64,000 nt of DNA from the NCBI GenBank assembly GCA_965285935.1, contig OZ260661.1, positions 112,034,001-112,098,000 on the forward strand, given 5' to 3'. The stretch is from Ophelia neglecta (Eukaryota). The position numbers and the translations under genes were made by a program. This document shows positions 29,601-41,600 of this stretch, piece after piece. Position 1 is the first letter of the stretch; every line of letters starts with the position of its first letter. Below the pieces are notes generated by a model. It saw nothing but the letters and a program-made list of their open reading frames with translations, made no database searches and had not been told where the DNA came from.

Positions 29601-32600
29601 TCTTAGAAAGAATGGACAGTCCCTCAGCAGCGACTGTGAATGTTGGCGATCAGGAAGAACAAAACATTAACCTTGCTGACAAAGAACAACCCCTAGATGA
29701 TATAGCTGAAAATGATAAAACTGAGAAACCATTGGCTGATGCCTCTGTAGGAAGCCATGCCCAAAAACTTAACTTAAACAGAATTGACAGTTCCTCATCC
29801 ATGCTTGTGCATGTCGGCGACCACAGAGAACAAAATATTGATGAAGAACTCCTAGGAGAGCTACCAGACCATGAAGAAGAAACTGATGAACCACTAGCAA
29901 AAGCTTTTGTTCAGGCAGACAGGCTCATGCAAAGTGGTCTTTCACCGTTCAGCCCCGAAGCTATAGAAATTGCAGAGCAGAAGGCCGCTCAATTTGCCAT
30001 GGAAGAACAAGAAGCAAGATTGTCAAGATCAAGCGAAGGGTCCGTAAAAGAGGACCTGTCAAGACTTGAAGTGAAAGTTAATGACATTGTGTCTGATCTT
30101 GCCAATGCTGCTGAGCAATACAGGATCAATAGCTGCAGCAGACGTAAGACCCCAAGTACTGGCAGTGGAGCTGGTGTGAATGAAGGAAATGACAATGAAA
30201 TATCTGTATTTGAAGAGAAGCGCAGTCCATATGGTCTGCCTGGGACCAATTCAACAGCAGCTACAATGGGAGATGGTGAAACAGTTGAAGAAATAACTGA
30301 AGAAGACATACTGTTGCTGGAAGAGGTTGGCTTGGAGTTGGTTGACTCCATTGGGTTGGTTACCGCAAGTGAACCACCAGAATCTGAAACTGTTACAGGG
30401 GTTGGAGACAAGGAAGAACTCACCAGGAGAAACTCATTAATAGCCTCCGATAATGACCAGTTTGACAAACCGGAAGGTAATGCAGAAAATGACATTGCTC
30501 TCCAAGATGATGAACTAAAGGAATCTGATAGTACACCTGCTTCCCAAAACACAACATTTCATCAGAAACCTGATATCAATGAGCTACCAACTCCACCCAA
30601 GGAAAGAGAATCAGCTGTGGGTGCTGATCATCCAGAGTTTGACCCCATGAGAGCTAACACTCAAAGCCCTTCTCTCATTGTTAATGTGGATGACAACGAG
30701 ACATGCAGTCTTACAAGTCAGGAAGTCCTGGACATGAAAGATGAAGAGAGTTTACCGACACATTCAGATCTTCCAAAACAGGATGGCACCAAAACAAAGG
30801 CTGCCTCTTGGCTAATTGATTCTGAACTCCCTCATCAAAAGCAGGCCTCCATCAGTGAACACTTTGAAACACCTGGTCGAGAAACAGACCAACTGGAAAG
30901 TGTCAATAGGCCTGGTGAAGAAGATATGGCACTAACATCACAAATACCACAGAGTCCTTCCATGCTTATGAATGTTGATGATCAGGAAGCATTAAGTCTC
31001 ACTGAAGAAGACATTGAAGACTTAAAAGCCAAAGGCATTGAAGTTGATTTGTACAGCAATAAGTTTGAGCAACGCATTGAACAAGATAACCACTCGGACC
31101 AGAGTTCTGTATACTCTGAAGAACCTGAGTATGTGCCAGGGAGAATTCCATCACTAGTCATCCAACCACCTTCCTCAGAGTCAGAAAATGATCTTTGCAG
31201 TGGGGTGTCATCCCCAGAAAATGATAGAGAGCAAGAGGAAAATGAATGGCCTACAAGACTGATGGAAGATGATGAAGAAAATTTACACCGAGTGGGTCAT
31301 AGTGTTACCGAATCACCAAAAGGCACACTACTAAAGAATTACTCTATGGATGTCAACATTGGAGATGTAGATGACCAATATATATCAGACGAGGAAATTG
31401 ATTTGATGCAAGCCACTAATTTCCCTGCAGCTGATAACCTCAGCGATGATGCCAGCGCTGAAGAATCTGAACAGAACATGGAAATGAAAGAAGGCATGGA
31501 TTTTGATGCAGGCGTTTCTAAATCTACACCAAAAGGGGAAGATACTCTCGGAAGACATGAAGAAACCATCATTGATCCTATTAATGAAATTACACTAGGT
31601 CAGAGCTCTGATGAGCAGTTAAAGTTTGGAGAGTCAGCTACTTATCTGAATGAGGAGGAGGGAAAGAAATTATTCCCTGCATCAAGTGAAGATGATGAAA
31701 GAGCTTCACATGTCAGTGAACAGAAAAAGGGAGAACTCCATGGAAACCAACAACAATCTGCCAGAACAGATGATAGAAGACCACAAAAAGTGACCGGGAA
31801 CAGCTTGCAAGATCAAGAAAGTGGTAAACCTCCAATAGAAGCAGACTTAGTATCAAAGGTCAGTGATGATGTGACCTCTCTCAATGACCTGACAGACGGT
31901 TCCAAACCAACCCCTGAAGAAGAGAATACTCAAGTTGTTGATGATACAGCTAGGGATAACAGGGACAACTCATTCATTAAAGACAAGGGGGTGGAACACC
32001 AGACAAAAGATAAATTCACTGTTTCAGAGAGCGGAAGTCCTTTGTGTGAGAAAAATGGCACCAATTCTTCTTCAGCAGGACAGCTCCAGCTGGATACTAC
32101 AGACATCTCTGTTAAGCAGGTTAGCCTGGTTGAGGCCAACAGGGAATCAGTCACTGATTTAGAAGGGCCTGAGGCTTCTGTCAGTGACATAGGTAATGCC
32201 ATTTCACTCATGAAGAAATTTGGCCTGGATACTGTTCCTAGTGACTTGTCCTCTTTACAAGCAGTTCAAGGGGATCAATTTCAATTGATCCAAGCAGCAA
32301 CACTCTTGAGGAATGTAGGACTAACAACACTGCCAGAAGTCACTAACATTGAAGAAGACACACAATTTGTGGAACCAATGAACACATTCGAAGACAATAA
32401 CTTAGATAAGCAGCAGCATCAGGATTTTGGCACCATTCCTGAAATTGATACCACACACACTCATGTAAGTCAGCTGCCATCAGCAGCAGCCAGTACAGTT
32501 GACGACAGTGTGAGAGCGGACGCTTTGGGAGGTGACCCTAGTAATTCATCCGTAGGATCACAGAGTACTTATACCTCACCCCTGGTCAGGAGGCAACTGG

Positions 32601-35600
32601 ATGACTTGGAAGATTTACCTCAAGTTGGTGGGGAGGGCATTGTTAATCAGGTATTAGACAACAATATCCCAATTGATATTGGTGAAGTGGAAAACAGGCA
32701 GTCTGTATCTCAAACTGACACTGCCACAGTTCTAGAAAATCAAGGAGAACGGCTCACTCAAGTTCCAGGTGTTGCTAGCCTAGGTGATCGTATTATATCA
32801 ATGGCTGAAGAGACAATACTGGACAGAGTCAAAGAATCTGGTATCACAGCTATATCGCCTGATAAGGTTGATAATATCAGACAAGTGGAACTTGGGGAGC
32901 AGGTGGAAGTTCCAACTGGTGGAGGAATGGATTTTGATGCAAATTCAATAGTGGAAGAACAATGTGAACAAAATTTGGAAGAGGTGAGGTCAGATAAGAT
33001 AATTGAAAAATCTGAAAACCCGGTGCAGCCTAATTACAGTTCCCTCCTGAATCAAACAGAGTCTGGTTATTATTCTGTTAATATCTCTGAAATTGAAAAT
33101 CAATCAGCAGCAGAGTTAGCCAACGATAGTCCAGCAAAGGAAGAAGATGTGCATTTGGAATTTATTGACCAGGCTAAGGTAAGGTCAGTAGAAGAGCTAA
33201 CCGATCCATTTCCTATAACAGATGAAAGGCAAAATGACGAAGGCCAGGACCAGTTCAGGGACAAAACTTACATGGAAATAGAGAACCAACAATACACTCC
33301 TGAAATTCCAGAAGAGATGAATTATAACCAGTCTGTTCAGCATAACCAATTGGACTACACTCCTGATGATAGCCAGCTTCTAAAGGATGGCTCGTATGTG
33401 CCCCTAAGAGAAGATAGTGAGATAGACCCAAGCTTAACACTAAGAAGGGATGAGCCTCATGAAGATTACCCTGATCAACCAAACCGAGACTTCATGGACT
33501 GGACAGCTCCATCAAGTCCACAGCGAAATACACATGTACAGCTGGATGTTGACATAACAACCAAAGACAAGCAAACTACACCAAGATCAGAAGCCAGAGA
33601 AGAAAGTCAACTAAAGTATAAGCCTCAGTACATTAGCACAGAACAACAATCCTTGTATGACTCTGCTTTTAATTCAGACTACACAACCGATGCAGAGGCT
33701 ACCACTGATTTTACTGACACAGAAATGCTGTCACCAAGAAGTCCTACACACCGTGACTACCCTTCTCAAGCTGTTGATTTTGACACCCAGGGAGAAGGAG
33801 AGGAAGAAGAGGTGAATCAAATGGGTGAACTTTTGACACATCAAGATGCAGATGGGGACAAAAAAGATGCTGCAACCATCATCAGTGACACGGCACAATT
33901 GCAGCTTAAAGATCTGGCTACAGCCAATCAGATCTACAGTACAGTAAGTGCAGAAAATGAAGAAGACCAGTCGAACAAGGTTGATGATACCAGGCACAGC
34001 CATGTTCCAGAGAATGTACCAACTGTTGTTGAATATGATAATGGGGTAACAATAGAAAAAGTACCATCCATTGAAGATATGAAAGAAGAGGGTGTTACAG
34101 ATGAAGAGAACAAGTATTTTCTGAAGAATAATGAAGACATTGATGATGCTGCTTCTGGTGAGGAACCATTATATGGAAATGCTGATGACAAAGAGGTAAC
34201 TGTGGGCCATAGTTTGGAAGAACGCAGTGTGCCCCAAACACCTAACATGCCATCAGAAGGGGAGCCAGCTGAACTCAGTTGTAGTCTTGTGATCACAGAA
34301 GTGCCTGAACAGGGAGCTACTGGTTCTGGGGCTGAGAGTCCAGGGACACAATTGCCAATTAAGTCTGTGCTAAGAACTGAAGATTCCTGTCGAAGCAAGA
34401 CAAGCAGTCAAAAGAAGGTTCGATTTATGGACACTCAAATTGTTGGGTTTGATGTTACACCAGACAAAGCCATGGCTAGAGACACTGAAGAAGGATCAGA
34501 AGATGACTTGCATGAAGTTATTTTAGGAAGTAAATCAACTGTGACAACTACCACAGATAAAGTTAAATTGGCTTCTGATATGCAAGTACTTGGGCTCCAG
34601 CCTGCTGGTACACAAAAGGCCCAAATGAGACCTGGTGGACCTGAAGAAGTTCTCAGAGAAGAACCTACATCACCAGCTCATAGCAAACTGAGACATGCAG
34701 CACTCAACATTGAAATCAAGCCATGGGAGAAAAAATCAGTACCTATTCAAGTACAAAAGCCAGAGCAGGTACCATCAGAGGCAAAGCTTAGTGTCTTTGA
34801 CCATGATGACACTTTGGTAGGGTTGCGTAAAGGCAGAGCACCTTTGGCATCAACTGAGACCCTGGGCTCTTCAACTGATGAGATTCACAGAGTTTCCGAT
34901 GATATTGTCATCAGCGAAAGAATCAGAGAGCTGGATGAATTGGAAGAGAGCCCACTGCAGACACCATCACCAGATGGCAGTCAATCTCCCCAAACCACTC
35001 CCGGGTCCTCACCACGACTAGCTACTGAGGGGAAGGAGGGACCATCTGCCAAGAGAGGGATCCAGGTTAAAGTGGCCGAAACAGTAACAAACATTGATCG
35101 CCAAGCCATTGTGAAAAAATCGTCAAGTGACTCTGGTATTTCTGCAAACCCGGCCTCTTCTATAAATCAAGATAGTGCAGTCATTCCACAAACTGATGAA
35201 CAAGGAGATGATCTGGGCATGGAAGTTACTCAACAGTTGGCTGATTTTGATGACCAACTTATGAGATCTGAACATATGGTTAGTGAAGGGTGGGAAAATG
35301 AAGAGCCATCCCATTATGGCTCTGGACAAACAGCCACCCCTGACAAAGACACTAGGGAAGGTCCTATTGAAGAGGGTCCTGATGTATTAGAAGTTACACC
35401 AGAAGAGAACTCTGAACCCAGTGATGTCCAGATGTACTTTGAAACAGAAATACCCAATGCTACCATCACAGAAGTATATCAAAGTAATTCAGAAGATGCT
35501 GCATCCCAAGTCCACGACAACACACCTTTATCTTATTTACATGATGACTATGATAACTCTCTGACTGCTGAGAAAGTACATACACAAACAGACAAACCTC

Positions 35601-38600
35601 CATCTTCCAGTGTGCAAAGCCAGATTTTCAAGGTCCAGGAACAAGACATTCAAAGTGAAGAACCATCCATGGAGGATGTTACAGAGGATTCACAGTCTAT
35701 TCCAAAGTCAGGTATTCCTGGGGCCTCAGGACAAGAAGTGGAGTCTCTTCATTTGAAAGGAATGGAAGAACAACCTGTTGTTTTTGTAGAAGGTGGAGAG
35801 ATTCAGCCAGTGTCAGGAGAACTGCCTGAAGAAACAGAACCATTCGTTTCCAGAGAAAACTACAGTGTTTCTGATGAAGGTCAAGCAAAACGGCTGCTCG
35901 ACGATCTTAAGGAGGTTAAACAAGATTCTGATGAAATTCAAAGACAGCCAGATGAACTGGACATGAGAGAAGAATTCCGCGATCAGGATGAAATGGAGAG
36001 CAGGCCACCTTCATTACCTGGAAGTCAATCCTCACCAACCACTCCCAGGTCCTCTCCACCACCATCCACTGAGATGAATTTGGGACCATCTGGCAAGGAA
36101 GGGATGCACGTTGAAGGGGCCAAACCTGTAACAAGCATTGATCACCAAGACATCTTGAAAAAATCATCAAGTGACTCTGGTATATCTGCTGACCAGGCCT
36201 CTTCTTTACATCAAGATAGCACAGTCATTACAAAAGCTGATGAACAAGGGGATGGTCAGGGCATTGAAGTTACTCAACAGGTGGCCGATATTGATGACCA
36301 ACATTCAATGCCAGAACAACTGGTAAGTGAGGGATGGGAAAACGAACAGCCGTGCCAAGATGTCTCTGGACTGATGGTCACGCCTGTCAAAGGTATAAAT
36401 GTACTTGTTGAGGAGGGCACAGGTGCATTGGAAATTACACATAAAGAGAACTCTGATAACAATTATGTCCAGATGGATATTGTAAAAGGTGACTTCAAAG
36501 AAGGTTGCTTCAAATCACAAAGACTTTATATGACCAGCACAGAAGATGGCCACATTCATGGTACCTCCCGGGAGAATGCCACACATTTAGACCAAGACAA
36601 CACACATTCATCTTCTGTATGTGATGACAAAATAACTTCAGGAACATATGGGGAAGGACATGTGCAAATGGATTTACCTGCAGACTCCAGTGTGAGAAGC
36701 CAGACAGACAAGATCCAAGAAGAAGGTGATAGTGGAGAAGGGCTGTCTATCGAGGATATTCAAGAGGGTTCATCTGGAGAAGAGACAGTTCCTCAGCATC
36801 ATAAAGTGGAGCCTACACCTTTGACAGTAATGGAAGAAAAACCTTCTGTTTTTGCTGAAGGTGAGGCGGTTCACCCTGTGTCAGTGAAACTATCTGGAGA
36901 AACAGAACTAGTTAGGTCAAGAGGAAGTTTCAGTTTGTCTGATGAAGTTGAACAAAAGCAACTCCTGGAATATCCTGAGAAGAGTACACAAGAAAGAGAA
37001 CAAGAATTAAGACAGACTCATGACAAACCATACAAAGATGAAGAACCTGCTCTTCCTAAAGGAAATGTGGCAGTGAGTGAAGATTTCATTAATATGCTTG
37101 ATAGGCAAGAACATCTCAAAACTATCAGTGATGATGTTCATGATACAAGACAAGAGTGTCTTTTGGCCATGTCGCCCAGTGATATTCATGGCGATGAGTC
37201 CAAAGGGTTGGCAGAAGATCAACTGGGGGTAGACACAGGAAAAGGTCACACTGAAATAACTGGCATAGAAAATCAACTAGATACAGAAGACCAAATCAGA
37301 ACCACTAAAACATTTGATAGCACCAAAAATGACCAGGACCAACTTGCCAATGAGAAGGGTAATGTCCAGGAAATAAGATTGGATGGATCTCCTGACATGA
37401 CAACCGAAGGCAGAACAGAAGATATATTTGAGAACAACCAAGAACAGCAGCTATTTGTAGAGAGTGACAAAGAGTGCCATGATGCTGTCTTGCCTAGTAG
37501 TACTCATGAGCTGGAGTCTGAAATATTGTCTGGACATCCACAGGCAGCACTTAGAAATGTTCACATTGTGCCCACTAGTTTAGAAACCCAACCAGATATT
37601 GGTGACGAAATTACAACCACAAAGCTCTTAGATGAACTTGAGCATGAAAGACACCAACATGGAAGCCAGATGATTGTTGTTCAAGAAACAGAAGTGGATG
37701 ATGGCAAGCAAAGTGGAAAGCTGAACAATCTGGAAGAAACCACTCCAATGCCAACTGCTGAAATTTCGAGAAGAGACCAGCTAGCTCCAGAGGAGAGAAC
37801 TTTAGTTAAGGCAGATAATCAGAGAAAAGAAAATGAAGAGTCAGAGCAAAATCAGGACCAGCATTCTCCTGAACCTTGTGATGAAGAAATCACTGTTGAT
37901 GGTGGAGTTCCAGAATCAGAGATAGCTTTTGATTCAGCTCAGAGTCCAGAAAGTGAACAGCAGAAAAACATGAATGAAATTATAGGACCAGAAGATAACA
38001 TGTCACAATTTGTTCCAACAAACTTTGACCAAGCAAATGATAACAATGATGTTGAATACCTTGTGGAAGACCTACTTGATGCCACAGAAGAATTCCTGAC
38101 AGATGGTATTGTTGACCAGTGCATAGAAGAAGTTGAGGGCAATGTAGTTTTCACTGATGACAGTTTTAATGAAGGCGAGATGTCAGATATGGCCTCTCAG
38201 GAAGCTAAATCGCTTAAGCCATTACCAACAGATCAAATTGATCATCCTGATGAGACCCTGGAATATCAGGACAGTGTCAGCAAGGATACTGATGACCACT
38301 TAAGTGGTGGTCCTGTTGACCTCCCCCATAAAGAAGCTGATTTCAAGGTGTCTGAAGTAGACACTGGTCTGCCTAGTATTGAAGTTCACTCTGGTGAACT
38401 AGTTACTGACAGCAGTCATGGTGATAAGAGCCGATTGACTCATGATGTCACAGGCAAAGAACATGAATCAATGGAAGGTGGTGAAAACAACTCAAAGGTT
38501 GATTCTATAAATGATGAAACTGGGACAAGTCTTTATGATCCAGTAAGTTTAGAGTCTACCGAACAGGGAGGCAGGTTGAAGAAGGGGGTATCTGATAACA

Positions 38601-41600
38601 TCAAGGAAAGTGATGCGGGGAGAGAAAATCAAGACTTTGCCAACAGTACTGCAACACATGACCACTTAAGCCCTGTGGACTCAACTTTAATAAAATCTGA
38701 TCTTCACAATTCGGAAACAGAAATTTTTGTGCCAAGCGTAAATGCTGAGATACTTGCCACTGATACCCTACAATGTATTGATGCAGAATTAAAACAACAT
38801 GAACTGATGGAAATTGATGAAAACAGCTCAACACAGACTGGAGGTGAAAATGACTTGCCAAGCCTATATGATCAACGAATTATACCTGAAGGAAAACAGC
38901 AATCAAATGAGATGGGAACTGATCAAATTGGCCCCAGTAATTTGAATGAAGAAGCTGTTGAAATGCCAAAACCAGGAACTGGTCTGCCAGGCATTGAAGC
39001 TAGCACTGGCTTAATAACCATTGACATCCAGTCAACAGATAAGGACCACTTGACCAGTGATATTCATGTTCAAGACCCTTCAGTAATGGAAGATGATGAA
39101 AGCAGGCCCAGTGGGCACCCTAGAGATGAAGGTAGTGAGACATTCTTCGAAGAGTCCTCCCTGGGCGTACCAGAGGAAGAGTTGCCAATGATAGCTCAAG
39201 AACATTATGCAGACCTTGTAACACCAACAGATAAGGAAGATGGGCTGAGGGTTATGACAACATCAGAGCCAAGCAGCAAATCAGAAATTACATGCACTGA
39301 TAATAATAATAAAGACCCAATCATGTCCAAGGCTGAGTCAGATGATTGGGAGCCATCAGAACGGCAGCAAGTTGTAGATGATAATCTTAGCCAGCAAATA
39401 TCAGACAAAGAGCAGATGAATACCGATGAAACCTATAATGAGACTTCAGGCCAAGCAACAGCAAATAACCAAATGCTTGAGAAGTTACCAGGACCATCTG
39501 GGAACCAAGCATCTCCTGAAAAGTACCCAGCAGATGCTGATAAGATGGAGGCTGATATTTTAAATAGAGAACCAGATGAGATGATAGCTGAAAAATTGCC
39601 ATTAACACAGGAGGCAAAAGAGAAAGCTGAAGATCTGGCTGATTTTACAGAAAATGTTTATGGCATGTTACAAACTCTGGATGATCTGACCTCTTCTGAT
39701 GAGCATGAAGGACAAATTACATTAGGACAGATGGAAGATTCTTCCTCAGTGTATCCTAGCATGCCTTCAGAGATCCCTGATATCATGGATGAAGATGATG
39801 ACGAGAGATTGATGGCAATTATAGCCGAACTTGATCAAGCACGAGGCACTTTGAGGGGTGGCTCACCAGTACCAGAGCTCAGTATTTCACTTACTTCATC
39901 TGAAAGCTTGGAAGACTATGAAGCAGAAATGGCAAAGGAAAGGCTTAATGCTAGTCACAACATGACTCAGAGTGAAGCAGATATAGTAGGAAGCCAGGGG
40001 GAATTATTTGAGGGATTGATGCCATCTTTTCAAGATTTGCCAGATGCTGGAGGTTCGCTTGAGAAACATCTTAAAAACTCTTCTTCAGATTTTCAAAACA
40101 GGCAATTAAGCAATGATGAATTGGAAATTGGCCTGCCAAGACAGTTGAGATCTACTCCTAAAAGGAAACTGAAAATGAAGCGACCAGCTCCACTGAGAGC
40201 CAAAAGGCAAATATCTTACAGTGATGGTTCCTCATCAGATGAAGAGACTACCAGTCCGGTCAGCCCTGGAGAGGTAAGAAGGCAGCGAGAGTTGCTCAAT
40301 AGAGACAGATGCCTCACTGTTACAGACTCAGACATTGACTCCAGTGACATTGCTGAGCAGATTGCTCAGCTGCCAGAGATAGTCAACCCTCGTGTCTGCC
40401 GGGAGAGAGAGAACTGGATGGTCAGACACCAGCGCTGGCAGCGCTGCCTTTCCCAGTCAGAGCTGGAGTACCCGGCCCCTGGGGTGTGGGCCAGATGTAA
40501 GTCCATGTCAGCAGACTGTGTTGACCTCTTTGATGAGATAGCTCAGAGAACTTTGTCAAGTGACAGCATCACCTATGTGTTTGTCAGTCAGACCCGCAGC
40601 CTGGATAGACTTATGGCAGACGAGAATGACAGGAGCCAGTACAACACCATGATCAGACCAACATCTGAACCCTCATGGGCTGAAAATGAGCCTCTCAGAC
40701 ATAAATATGGTAAGATCATCTTCATGCTACAAACAGTACGAATCTCCTTTATTAAGTTTATCTACATGTATCCTGTTGGTAATGCTAGACTATTAAATTT
40801 ATTGTTTTCTTTGATACAGGTATCGATGAAGATGTCTTGCCTCTAACATTCAGATCAGCTTCGGCTGAGGTTCTTCCTGAATGTTCCCAGGGTGGAATTG
40901 ATGTGACTGCTGAACGTATTATACTCAAACGATCCCAATCTCTTGATGACAAATTTCTGTCGAAGGAAAACAATGTGGGGAGCGAGGAAGAGGTGAACTT
41001 GGACAATGTGTTTGGAGGGTATTTGGGAGAAGGTCAGCCCTGGGAGGAGACCACAGAAGCAGTCTCAGAGTCCAGAACAGCAAAAAGGGCACCTGGAGAG
41101 AGAAAGGAAAAGAACGGTTGCTGGGTTGTGGACAGTGACGACACACTTTGTGATGGAGAAGAGCCTGGTACTCCCAATACAGCCAGAACACCAAGACCTG
41201 GCCTACTGCCACAGACAGACTACACAGAAATGGGCATCCAGACAACAGCCTCCCTGGAGGAGCTGTATATGGGGGTCAAGGTGTTAGGGCAAGATCCCAT
41301 CACCCCAGGCACTGCTCACAGTCAGCTAAATACAGGCAGATTGGTGGATTCCGCTGTAGGCACTGATGTTGAATCTCTTAAATTTGCTGAAACAAACACT
41401 CCTAGTTCACCCTTAACCTCAGCCATACAGACCCCACAGAACACAAGTAAGGACTCATCCCAGAAACAGCTGGTCAGTGAATCACCAAGAACATCAATTG
41501 ACATGTCAAGTGGTACCAGTGATTTGCTAAAACGAGCCTTAGCCACAGTGCGAAAGGCAATGAGTTCACAAACAGAGTTATCGTCAGTAGCCTACATAAA

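Noticed and set aside
21075-40709. Mucin, titin or giant-ankyrin identity for the giant ORF
   Set aside because: No PTS/Cys-knot, Ig/Fn3, ankyrin, ZU5 or death-domain sequence is visible; flanking exons are coiled coils with STARD9-like motifs.
40710-40846. Apparent overlap of two giant ORFs (programmed frameshift, two genes, or a hydrophobic C-terminal tail)
   Set aside because: Explained by a canonical 110-bp GT-AG intron in matching phase; the read-through is AT-rich intron sequence.
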